Shown here piece by piece: positions 34,529 through 43,886 of a DNA stretch of 64,000 nt. Position 1 is the first letter of the stretch. Every line of letters starts with the position of its first letter. Made by a program: the position numbers and the translations under genes. Source of the DNA: Oscillospiraceae bacterium (GTDB taxonomy: Bacteria > Bacillota > Clostridia > TANB77 > CAG-508); assembly GCA_009785865.1 (NCBI GenBank), contig WQVL01000002.1, forward strand, positions 11,605 to 75,604. The letters run 5' to 3'. The notes under the pieces are model-generated. The model saw nothing but the letters and a program-made list of their open reading frames with translations. It ran no database searches and had not been told where the DNA came from.

Positions 34529-37500
34529 ATGAAAAAAGTAGAACCGAATTTTAACTTTATTGAAATGGAGCACGAAGTATTAAAATTTTGGGAAGAAGAA
34601 AAGTGCTTTGAAAAACTGGTAGAGAAAAATCAAGAAGGGAAGAAATTTCGTTTTTTAGATGGACCAATAACGGCAAATAACCCAATGGGAGTACATCATG
34701 CGTGGGGGAGGACATTAAAAGACATATATATAAGATATAAGGGAATGAATGGATATACTTCACACTATAGAAATGGATTTGATGCACAAGGACTCTGGAT
34801 AGAAGTTGAAGTAGAAAAAGAATTAGGGTTTAAAGACAAAAAAGATATAGAGAAATACGGCTTAGATAAATTTACAAAGAAGTGCATAGAGAGAGTGGAC
34901 AATTTTGCTGAAGTTATAACAGAACAATCAAAAAGATTGGGACAATGGATGGATTGGGATAATTCATATTACACAAACTCAGAAGAAAACATTACTTCAA
35001 TATGGCATTTCTTAAAAAAGTGTGACGAAAAAGGAATGGTTAAGCAATCATACAGGTCAATGCCTTGGTGCCCTAGATGTGGAACATCGTTATCAGAGCA
35101 CGAAATGTCAGGGTCATATCAAGTAATGACGCACAATGCAGTTTTCTTTAAGTTGCCATTAGTGGGCACAGATTGTAAGGCGGTTGTCTGGACTACAACA
35201 CCATGGACTTTGTCTGCAAACGTTGCTTTAGCTGTAAATCCTGAGATTGATTATGTGAAGGTCAAAGTTGAGTCAGATGATCAATGCTTAATTATGAGCA
35301 AAAATGCTATTGGAATGCTAGGGGATGACAAAGTAGAAGTAGTAGAGGTCTTTAAAGGCGACAAACTAGTTGGATTAGAGTACGAAACATGTTTTGAAGA
35401 ATTTGATACGCAAAAGGATATCAAACATAGAGTAATAGAATGGGAAGATGTATCAGGTGAAGACGGTACAGGGATAGTGCATATTGCCCCTGGGTGTGGG
35501 ACTGAAGACTATGAATTAGGACAGAAATTAGGATTAGAAGTCATTATTCCTATTGATGATGTAGGAGTTATTCAAAAAGGATTCGGATTCATGACAGGTC
35601 ATAATACTAAAGCAGTAGCTGAACTTGTCTTTGCGGAACTAGAAAAAAGAGGGAAACTGTATAAGGTTGAGCCTTTTGAGCATAGTTATCCGGTTTGCTG
35701 GAGATGTAAGCAAGAAGTAGTATTTAAAGTAGTTAAAGAGTGGTACTTAGATAGTGACGTTGTAAGAAACGATCTAGTAGAAGCATCAAGAAAAGTTAAC
35801 TGGAAACCCGAATTCGCAGGTAAAAGGATGGAAGATTGGTTAAATAATATGGGGAACTGGGCTATTTCTAGGAAAAGATTTTACGGATTGCCACTACCTA
35901 TATATCCATGTGAAGAGTGTAATCATGTAACTGTTGTTGGGTCTAGAGAAGAATTAAGAGAATTAGCGGTAGAACCACAAAAAGTAGACAATATGCCAGA
36001 TATTCACAGGCCTTGGATAGATGAAATAGAAATAACATGTAAATGTGGAAACCATGTAAAAAGAGTGCCAGATGTAGGCGATTGTTGGCTAGATGCGGGG
36101 ATTGCATCATTTTCTACACTTAAATATTTTACAGATAAAGAATATTGGAAAGAATATTTCCCAGCTGAATGGGTAACAGAAATGAAGGAACAGATAAGAC
36201 TATGGTTCTATTCATTACTATTTATGTCTGTGGTATTAGAGGGGAAGGCTCCTTATGAGATGGTTTTAACATATAGTGCTGTGGTTAAAGAAGACGGAGG
36301 AAAGTTTTCAAAAACAGGTACGATGATAAAGTTTGACGAAGCAGCAGAAAAGATAGGCGTAGATTCGATTAGGTACTTATATGGAGGAGCACAAGTTAAT
36401 AATGACGTAAGATTTGGATATAATTTAGGAGATGAAGCAAGAAGAAAACTTCTAAATTTCTGGAATATATATGTATTTTTCAACACATATGCAATACTCG
36501 ATATGCCAAAACTTAATGAATATAAAATAGATGAAAGCAAGCTAGAAAAGTCAGACAAGTGGCTATTAGTAAGAATGAATGAGTTCTTAACATATGCAAA
36601 AGCCCAAATGGATGCATATGAACTACAAAATGTAGTAAAAGAATTTGAAAAGTTAGTTGATGATATTTCTAACTTCTATATAAGAGTGAACAGAAAGAGG
36701 TTCTGGAAGATAGGAGAGTCAGAAGATAAATTACAAGTATACTATTTACTATATATTGCAATTAAAAACATGATAAGAGCTATGGCGCCAATAATACCGT
36801 TTATGACAGAAGAAATCTGGCAAAACATGGTCAAGAGTTTTGAGCCAAATGAAGTAATGTCAGTACATTTATCAGATTATCCAATGTCGGACAACAAGAA
36901 TGATAATGATGCGATATTAAAAGAAGTAGAAGATGCAAGAAAAATAATAGCGATGGGGCTAATGCTGAGAAATGAAAAACAACTAAAGGTGAGACAGCCG
37001 TTATCAAAAATGATAGTGTCATCAAGTAAGGATGTAAAAAGGGCAGTAATAGACTTTTCGGAGATAATAAAAGAAGAATTAAATGTAAAAGAAATTGAAG
37101 TTGTAGAAGATGACAGCACTTTAAATGATGAATATCTAATGGTTAACTTTAAAGTTGCCGGGGGATTGTTTAAAGAAAAGATTGGACAGTTTAAAGCTAA
37201 GTTAGAAACAACGTCAGAAGAAGAAATGCAGAACCTAGTACTAGCCTTCAATAAAGAAACAAATGAAAGTGTTAAAGTAGAAGGATTTGGAGATGTAAGC
37301 AAAGAAGCTTTTGTAAAAACCAAAAAACCAAAAGCACATTTAGTTGTTATCAAAGAGAATGAGGACATAGTAGCTCTAGATACGACTTTAACTGAGGAGT
37401 TAATTGTAGAAGGAATGGCAAGAGATCTAGTGCGTACTTTACAGGTATTAAGGAAAGATGCAGGATTTAAGGTTGAACAAAAAATTAATTTAAAAATTGT

Positions 37501-37666
37501 GACTGATGGGGAGTTGATGCAAAAAGTATTAGAATTGCATTTAGACAAAATTATAGAGGATACTCTTACAGAGAATTTCAGTCAAGACCAAACAACTGAT
37601 ATGCAAGTGATAGAAGAGATAGAGATAAACGGTGAAAAGGTTGTAGTGGGATTAAAAGCTATATAA
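34529..37666 (+). CDS. ileS: Isoleucyl-tRNA synthetase, long type (1045 aa)
   Basis: Class I aaRS: KFSKTG (KMSKS), CP1 zinc knuckle WCPRCGTS, NWAISRKRFYGLPLPIY. The HIGH position reads GVHH. Confidence 0.75.
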   Translation: MKKVEPNFNFIEMEHEVLKFWEEEKCFEKLVEKNQEGKKFRFLDGPITANNPMGVHHAWGRTLKDIYIRYKGMNGYTSHYRNGFDAQGLWIEVEVEKELGFKDKKDIEKYGLDKFTKKCIERVDNFAEVITEQSKRLGQWMDWDNSYYTNSEENITSIWHFLKKCDEKGMVKQSYRSMPWCPRCGTSLSEHEMSGSYQVMTHNAVFFKLPLVGTDCKAVVWTTTPWTLSANVALAVNPEIDYVKVKVESDDQCLIMSKNAIGMLGDDKVEVVEVFKGDKLVGLEYETCFEEFDTQKDIKHRVIEWEDVSGEDGTGIVHIAPGCGTEDYELGQKLGLEVIIPIDDVGVIQKGFGFMTGHNTKAVAELVFAELEKRGKLYKVEPFEHSYPVCWRCKQEVVFKVVKEWYLDSDVVRNDLVEASRKVNWKPEFAGKRMEDWLNNMGNWAISRKRFYGLPLPIYPCEECNHVTVVGSREELRELAVEPQKVDNMPDIHRPWIDEIEITCKCGNHVKRVPDVGDCWLDAGIASFSTLKYFTDKEYWKEYFPAEWVTEMKEQIRLWFYSLLFMSVVLEGKAPYEMVLTYSAVVKEDGGKFSKTGTMIKFDEAAEKIGVDSIRYLYGGAQVNNDVRFGYNLGDEARRKLLNFWNIYVFFNTYAILDMPKLNEYKIDESKLEKSDKWLLVRMNEFLTYAKAQMDAYELQNVVKEFEKLVDDISNFYIRVNRKRFWKIGESEDKLQVYYLLYIAIKNMIRAMAPIIPFMTEEIWQNMVKSFEPNEVMSVHLSDYPMSDNKNDNDAILKEVEDARKIIAMGLMLRNEKQLKVRQPLSKMIVSSSKDVKRAVIDFSEIIKEELNVKEIEVVEDDSTLNDEYLMVNFKVAGGLFKEKIGQFKAKLETTSEEEMQNLVLAFNKETNESVKVEGFGDVSKEAFVKTKKPKAHLVVIKENEDIVALDTTLTEELIVEGMARDLVRTLQVLRKDAGFKVEQKINLKIVTDGELMQKVLELHLDKIIEDTLTENFSQDQTTDMQVIEEIEINGEKVVVGLKAI

Positions 37667-37683
37667 TAGTAAGAAAGAAAAAA

Positions 37684-37712
37684 TCTGAGGGCTTCTGCCT
37701 TCAGATTTTTTT
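37684..37712. terminator. Bidirectional terminator between ileS and dnaI
   Basis: tctgagggc-ttc-tgccttcaga followed by T7. U-rich on the opposite strand too. Confidence 0.6.
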
Positions 37713-38753
37713 AAATCTTATATCATCTCCAAAAAATTTACACACTGTATAATACCCAACAATTCTAGAAACAATACGTTCATCGTAGACAGAATACATT
37801 TCTTGAAGAGAGAAGTTTGTAGAGATTATAGTTTTAGTAATTCTCTTATTTTGATTTAATAACCTGGTGTTCAGGATATTAAACAATTCAGTAAATTTCA
37901 TGCTGTTTATACTTTCTGTCCCCAAATCATCTATAATTAATAGATCTGCATTTAGTATGTTTTTCAAAATATTTGGATTCGCGTCAGGCTTATTCAGTCT
38001 GCAGCTGATTACTTCATCTAGCAGAACTGGTGCAGTCTGATATAAGACCGTCTTTTTTTCCTTTAATAGTTCATTAGCTATACAGTTAGACAAAAATGTC
38101 TTGCCAAGTCCAGACTGACCTCTGAAAAGCAAGTTTTTTTCTTCAGGGTTATCAAAATTAGAGATAAATCTTTCAGCAATCTTCTGTATATTTAAAATAT
38201 TTTCCCTAGGAGAAATGTCTGAATCATATTTTTCTGAATCTACAACATCTGAATATAAACTACAATCAAAATTTTTAAAGTTCTCTTTCTCCAAATTCCC
38301 CATGTTGTATTTATTAAATTCGAGATTAAACAATTCTTGTTTTAAACAATTACATGGTGCGTCACCAACAAGAGAATAAATATAACCAGTATCCTTGCAA
38401 AGAGTACATTCGAAAGTAGGAAGCAAAAAATCAGGATTTTTTCCGAGTGTCTTCAGGATAGTAGTTCTTTCCTCCTGAAGAGCATTTTTTTTCGAGATGA
38501 AATCTTCTAGAGTATCTTTGCCAGAAGAAAGCATCGCTTTTGCTGTGCTTATAGCATGCGAACTTAGTTCTGAGTCAATCTCTTCTAATCGTTTGTTTTT
38601 TGAATAGAGAGCCTTCTTCCTTAGCTCTAAATCCTGCTCGGCAAATAACCTTTTTTGCTCATATTTTTTTAATATACTTTTAAATTGTGGATTATTCATG
38701 TCAATCCTTTCTGGATTTTGACGCTCATACTTGATTTGCTTTTTGCATATCAT
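37701..38753 (-). CDS. dnaI: Primosomal helicase-loader DnaI (DnaC/IstB-like AAA+)
   Basis: N-terminal Cys-rich Zn module, Walker A LLFRGQSGLGKTFL. Confidence 0.7.
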   Translation of the reverse strand: MICKKQIKYERQNPERIDMNNPQFKSILKKYEQKRLFAEQDLELRKKALYSKNKRLEEIDSELSSHAISTAKAMLSSGKDTLEDFISKKNALQEERTTILKTLGKNPDFLLPTFECTLCKDTGYIYSLVGDAPCNCLKQELFNLEFNKYNMGNLEKENFKNFDCSLYSDVVDSEKYDSDISPRENILNIQKIAERFISNFDNPEEKNLLFRGQSGLGKTFLSNCIANELLKEKKTVLYQTAPVLLDEVISCRLNKPDANPNILKNILNADLLIIDDLGTESINSMKFTELFNILNTRLLNQNKRITKTIISTNFSLQEMYSVYDERIVSRIVGYYTVCKFFGDDIRFKKI

Positions 38754-39702
38754 CGTACAGTTTGTCCAAATCGTTATACTTAGTGCGAGCTCCCGTATTC
38801 CCTGAGCCTTTCTTAAGTTCTTTGACGTTTTTACTTTTTGTTTTAAGTTCTATTAAAAAGGCTTCTATTTCAACAGTCGTCTTAAAGTTTCTGTCATACC
38901 AGTCAGATAGAAGTTTATCTAAATAATCAAAACTTGGGTTAGCTTTTGAAGTAGTTTTCTTAAGGGCAATGCTTATCACGTCTAAATCATATCCGAAATC
39001 CATTGTCCATTTTTCTATATATGCTTCCTCATATTGCGTGAGGGGATTGTATCTGCCTAACTTCTTAGAAATAGCTTTTTTTATTTTAGTTAGCTTTTCA
39101 TATTTTTGATAATAATTTTCTAAGTCAGTATAAGTCTTGATGTTATTTTTTGACCAAGATTCAGCAACGGCTTGTACATAGTTTTTATGAAGAGCAGACC
39201 TGCTTAAACAATAGTCAAAAAGTGAAATCATAACTTGCTCATCAAAATGATACTTTTTAAACCATAAGTCAATATCACTATACCAAGTTGGGGACATTAT
39301 TCCTTGAAAACATCTATTATTAATACTTTCGACAGCCTTTGCCCTGTATTGACTTTTGGCGTTATTCTCTACTGTTTCCTTGGACAAGGTAAGGTTTGGC
39401 TTATACAGTTTATGCAATTCAATTTCTTGCAAATTATTTAATATAAAACCGGTCCCCTTTTTTGTAATTACCCCATGTTCTTCCCAAAAAGCAAGACTAG
39501 CTTGAATTATAGGAAGAGACAGATTTAATTTCTTAGATAAATCATTTAATTTAATATCTTTCTCGTGCTTGGCTAAGAAAACTAGATATAAATATAGCTT
39601 TATAGAATCTCCATTTGCCATACTTAAATACTCCGTAAAAAATATATCCGGAAGTTCAGTATTAGAGAATAGTAATCCAGAATCTTTTTGTTCTAGTTTC
39701 AT
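38725..39702 (-). CDS. DnaD-domain replication initiation/membrane attachment protein (B. subtilis DnaB/DnaD family)
   Basis: DnaD-like winged-helix and DDBH2-like region. Forms the usual pair with dnaI. Start likely MKLEQKD. Confidence 0.6.
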   Translation of the reverse strand: MKLEQKDSGLLFSNTELPDIFFTEYLSMANGDSIKLYLYLVFLAKHEKDIKLNDLSKKLNLSLPIIQASLAFWEEHGVITKKGTGFILNNLQEIELHKLYKPNLTLSKETVENNAKSQYRAKAVESINNRCFQGIMSPTWYSDIDLWFKKYHFDEQVMISLFDYCLSRSALHKNYVQAVAESWSKNNIKTYTDLENYYQKYEKLTKIKKAISKKLGRYNPLTQYEEAYIEKWTMDFGYDLDVISIALKKTTSKANPSFDYLDKLLSDWYDRNFKTTVEIEAFLIELKTKSKNVKELKKGSGNTGARTKYNDLDKLYDDMQKANQV

Positions 39703-39764
39703 AATCTTGCCACCTCTATAAAAGTATAACATTTTAAAGCATCAAAAACAATCGCTTGACATTA

Positions 39765-40046
39765 TTATTTGTCGTAAAAATAAACTTTTTGCTTTTTTAT
39801 AAACGTTAACATATATGTTGAAACGTGTATAATGTTTTCGTGATTAAACCCAAAAAGACTGAATAAAAACAAAGGAAGACAAAGGATTATAAATCCGGAA
39901 AGTATAAGCGTCAAATCTGAAAAAAACAAATCTAGGACAGCAAACACAAAAACATACCATAGAATATTTAGGATGGCAGTACTATAGTCTATAAAACCAA
40001 ACAATTTATTTTTGAAGTTATAATTCTGTGGAAAAATAAATTTCAT
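39765..40046 (-). CDS. Small two-TM membrane protein
   Basis: 93-aa hydrophobic ORF in the T4SS-like cluster. Confidence 0.3.
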   Translation of the reverse strand: MKFIFPQNYNFKNKLFGFIDYSTAILNILWYVFVFAVLDLFFSDLTLILSGFIILCLPLFLFSLFGFNHENIIHVSTYMLTFIKKQKVYFYDK

Positions 40047-40067
40047 TTCTACTAACTACCTCCTTGT

Positions 40068-40958
40068 TTAAATATGCCCACCTGCAAACATGGATTTAAT
40101 ACTATTAACGCCCATACTGATGTCGGTACCCAGACCAATCATGAAATCTCTTAAATAATTGTTAGCTTTCATCAAAGCGTATATGGAGCCGATATAAATC
40201 AATCTGGAGAACATATCCGAACTAGTAGCACTAATGGAGAAACACACTAACAAAATTAGTGATACAAAGACCTGGAGCATTAATAAAAATAAAAATATTT
40301 TCAACCAAGATTTAAAAATCCATGAACTATCAGTTAGAATCAATGACAAGAAAGCAAAAGGACTTATTAATATAAAGACGAGAATGATAACATATCTTAA
40401 AGCATAAGACAGCAGCAAGTTTAATAAACCTATAGAAATGAACCCTTTTAGCAGACCATCTATTGAGAAGATATTAAAAGCGTTATGTTCTAAAAAAATA
40501 ACAGTATTTACATTTTGAATTATTGAAGAAAATCCAATTTCGGTATCAAAAAGATTTTCCCCAATACTTCTGATTGCGAGAGAAAGTGTAGAAGTGGAAA
40601 AGATAAGGGCGTAGCAGATAGAGTATGAGAAGTTTATAAATATTACACAGAGCAGCAATCTAAAAATAAACTGATAAGGGTTTTGCACTTGTGAGAAAGT
40701 GAAATGCGAGAGCAAGTAAGTGATAGAATAATATATTAAAAAAGCTATGACTAAAGAATTTGCAACCAAAATAATTCCTGAGATGTTATTACCGATGATG
40801 TCCCCTAAATGAGGGTGGTCTATTATGTCAGTAGACACAAAAACAAGGTCATCTAATATAGAATAAAGACTATTGTCTATAGAAGAAAAGAGATTAGAAA
40901 AAAGCACGTTAATAGTGTGCGTAATTAAGTTGGGGATAGTAGCATCTAAATTTTCCAT
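40068..40958 (-). CDS. Polytopic membrane protein, possible VirB6/TrbL-like T4SS component
   Basis: 296 aa, at least 6 predicted TM helices, clustered with pilin-like and coupling-protein genes. Confidence 0.3.
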   Translation of the reverse strand: MENLDATIPNLITHTINVLFSNLFSSIDNSLYSILDDLVFVSTDIIDHPHLGDIIGNNISGIILVANSLVIAFLIYYSITYLLSHFTFSQVQNPYQFIFRLLLCVIFINFSYSICYALIFSTSTLSLAIRSIGENLFDTEIGFSSIIQNVNTVIFLEHNAFNIFSIDGLLKGFISIGLLNLLLSYALRYVIILVFILISPFAFLSLILTDSSWIFKSWLKIFLFLLMLQVFVSLILLVCFSISATSSDMFSRLIYIGSIYALMKANNYLRDFMIGLGTDISMGVNSIKSMFAGGHI

Positions 40959-41081
40959 AGCTATGCTCCTCTGGTTGTTAATAGCTGTATTGTGGAAATG
41001 ACTAAATCTATAGATAGAATAAAAACGTATGAAACTAAACTTCCACGCACGATTCTCTTTCCTGCTCTTATTCTCTCTTCA

Positions 41082-41309
41082 TCACCAAAACTGAATTTTT
41101 GCATAAGCAGTCCAGAACCGAACTGCCACAGCGACTGCGGGTGTGGCGATTCGAACTAACCAAGTTTGGATGCTGTCAAAAGCACCTATGATCATGGATA
41201 TTAATCTGGGGTGCGGTGTTGCGAAACTATAAGATGGAAAAAGAAAAAGAATCATGGAGACTAAAAAGAATATAAGAATTTTATTTTTGGTCAAAAACTT
41301 AAGAAACAT
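41082..41309 (-). CDS. Small secreted hydrophobic protein, possible VirB2/TrbC-like pilin
   Basis: 75 aa: signal-like N-terminus plus a second hydrophobic helix (ATPAVAVAVRFWTAY). Confidence 0.3.
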   Translation of the reverse strand: MFLKFLTKNKILIFFLVSMILFLFPSYSFATPHPRLISMIIGAFDSIQTWLVRIATPAVAVAVRFWTAYAKIQFW

Positions 41310-41351
41310 GGAATTTCCCCTTTCACATTAGAATTTTTAAAATAGATATAC

Positions 41352-43014
41352 TTAAATTATTTTAGCGGTCTTTTTATTCATACACTCTTGAACAGTTATT
41401 TCTTCTTCAAAATGAGGAAGCATTTTAAGTTTCGAAGGTTTCAAAATTTTGTTGCCGTCAGACAAGAAAGCCAAAGAAGTAAAAACTTCGAGCTCCTGAG
41501 TAAAAAAGTTAGTGTCATATACAAAATCAGAATGGATATAAGTATTTATACTTTCAGAAACGCTAGAATTCCTAGAGTTTAAGGAACTAGTAAAATAATT
41601 GTAGTGAGTTTCGTTTGCGTTTTCAGAAATGCTTCTAGAAACTTTAGATTTGTCTTCCTTTCCAATTTGCTTTTGTACATCTTCCACGGTAAAAGAGTCG
41701 TCATTCCTGAACCAAAATTTATTAATTAGATTTTGAATAATTACCTTCACAGTAGCGTTGTCCTTCAAAGTATTTAGTAAAGAAGTATAGCTTTGAGTCG
41801 CAACAATATTGATACATTTAGACTCTCTGCTTTGAGCGAAGAAATCTCCGTCAGTAAAGGTGACATACTCGTGGAACTCGTCACAAATGAATGCGGAAGT
41901 TTTGGGAGCAGCAGAATTAGAAAGTTGTGACAATGCTTCGGTTTGAAAATCTAATTTTAAATAAGCAGCTATTATTTTTGCTAAATTTCTGTACTCAGCA
42001 ATATTCATATTCAAAACAACAATTTTGGACTTATTAATCACATCAGCAAAGCCTTTGAAAGTAATTTCTTCTTTACAAGGACAAAAGGTATTTAGGACGC
42101 TCAAATCAGAAATAAAAGTATTTGTAATTCTTGTGATTTCCGATTTCAATATAGCCATGGTTCGGTCATCCAAACTTAAAAACTCTTCCTCGAAAAAAGA
42201 GATGGACGAATGTAAATTGTATATATCCTCCTCCGACATTTTGCCGGACTGAAAGGATTCTCTTAAGAGATATAGTTTTTCTTTATAATAGCCTTCTGTA
42301 TTTATAAGCTTATGAAGCTCCAAAAAAGTAACATATCCATCATTGTATAGCCTGCAAAGTTTTATGCATTCACAAATTATTTGCTCGCTCTTCTCGAGCC
42401 AAAAATCTTCACCGCTATTCGAGGAAAAAAGTGTTAAAATAGTCTTCAAGCGATTGGCCAAAACGGAGGGCTTTAAGTTAGGTTTATCCAAAGGATTATA
42501 TTTTATGGCAGCACCTAATTCTATGATGGATAGGTCATCTAAGCGATTTTTGTCTTTTGCATAAGACTTTACCTGTTGGAAAAAGTTTCCTTTAACATCT
42601 AGTACAAGCATACCGATAGGAGGGTCATCATAGTCGATTAGTTGCTTAATAAAAGGATACATAGCAGAACTTGTTTTGCCGCTCCCAATGGTACCAGTTA
42701 TTAGGATATTTTGATACAAACTTTTTTCTGACAAATACACGGGAGTTCCACAAGAAAAGTTTTTGCCAACACGTAAATGCAAGCCGGCAAGGGGAAATGT
42801 CTTCACTATTATCTGAATTAGACAAGGGCTCTCTCTTGAACTTTTTTAAAAATCTTGAATATATTGAATTGGAGACTATAAGTGAAGAAGAAATGTAAGA
42901 AACAATGTAAATAATGCGCAAGTATGTCCATGCAACAGGGGAAGTTTGAATTATATCGAAAGGATATAGACCGTAAGAAATGATAACACTATCTGCAACG
43001 AAGAGAGGAAGCAA
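41352..43014 (-). CDS. VirD4/TraG-family type IV coupling protein (needs +1 shift at CGG 42784..42786)
   Basis: The 122-aa TM ORF and 484-aa NTPase ORF join as ...EDISPC[G]LHLRVGKNFSCGTPVYL...ITGTIGSGKTSS, giving 553 aa. Confidence 0.6.
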
Positions 43015-43361
43015 GGTAATTGAGAAAAATATAATTGAAGCAAAAACAAAGAACGCAATAAAAGCAAAGCGGTTATATACAAATGTAAAGATATTAAAAC
43101 CTCCTAACTATGAATTTCGCTTTAAAGATAACTTGGAGCCCTGAGAATTGTGAAATACTTTCATATCGAAGAATAAGTATAAAGAATAAAATACGATAAA
43201 AAGATTAATAATAAGGGAGATAAAGAAAAAATTGACAAGAGAATTCAAACAATCGCCACCTTCCAATTTTTACCATAATACTATAAACTTTTACTTTTGT
43301 CTATACTTTTCTTCAAAAACATGTTAAAATAAAATGCATATTAGTAAAACGGAGGATAATC

Positions 43362-43544
43362 ATGATCGAAAAAAACACAAAAATTGTAGAAATATTAGAA
43401 AAAGCACCAGAAAAAGCAGGAGTATTATTAGCAGAGGGAATGCATTGTATAGGATGCCCGTCGGCTCAAAGTGAAACAATAGAAGAAGCTTGCAAGGCAC
43501 ACGGTGTTGACATAGAGGAAATGTTAAAAAAGCTAAATGCATAA
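43362..43544 (+). CDS. DUF1858 / hybrid-cluster-associated redox disulfide protein
   Basis: 60 aa with CIGCPSA redox motif. Confidence 0.55.
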   Translation: MIEKNTKIVEILEKAPEKAGVLLAEGMHCIGCPSAQSETIEEACKAHGVDIEEMLKKLNA

Positions 43545-43571
43545 AAAACTAATGTTTTTGAAGAAAAGATG

Positions 43572-43600
43572 TTGACATATAAGAAAAAATATTGTAATAT
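43572..43600 (+). promoter_or_regulatory. Consensus sigma-A promoter of the tRNA Lys-Glu-Thr operon
   Basis: TTGACA (43572-77), 17 nt spacer, TAATAT (43595-600), about 50 nt upstream of tRNA-Lys. Confidence 0.6.
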
Positions 43601-43653
43601 ATTTAAGCGACTGCCAAAAAGCAGTTGCTTAATAATTCTTGTAAAAGAATTAT

Positions 43654-43729
43654 GGGCCATTAGCTCAGCTGGTAGAGCACTTGACTTTTAATCAAGTTGT
43701 CCCGCGTTCGAATCGCGGATGGCTCACCA
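43654..43729 (+). tRNA. tRNA-Lys (anticodon UUU)
   Basis: 76 nt, anticodon loop CTTTTAA, GTTCGAATC T-loop, CCA. Confidence 0.9.
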
Positions 43730-43732
43730 TAA

Positions 43733-43807
43733 GGCCCGTTGGTCAAGGGGTTAAGACACCGCCCTTTCACGGCGGAATCATGGGTTCGAATCCCGTACGG
43801 GTCACCA
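43733..43807 (+). tRNA. tRNA-Glu (anticodon UUC)
   Basis: 75 nt. Anticodon stem CCGCC/GGCGG, loop CTTTCAC (U33, A37), CCA. Confidence 0.85.
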
Positions 43808-43809
43808 GT

Positions 43810-43885
<76 letters not shown>

Positions 43886-43886
43886 A

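Larger units (their letters stand above)
39765..43014 (-). mobile_element. T4SS-like gene cluster (remnant conjugative module) between dnaI/dnaD and the tRNA operon
   Basis: Coupling protein, pilin-like and VirB6-like genes. Adjacent to a tRNA operon and repeat R3. Confidence 0.4.

Noticed and set aside
43733-43807. tRNA with anticodon UCA (UGA-decoding or selenocysteine-like tRNA)
   Set aside because: The first parse put TCA in the anticodon position. This requires a pyrimidine at position 37 and no U33. The correct 5-bp anticodon stem (CCGCC/GGCGG) gives loop CTTTCAC with U33 and A37 and anticodon UUC, so it is an ordinary tRNA-Glu.
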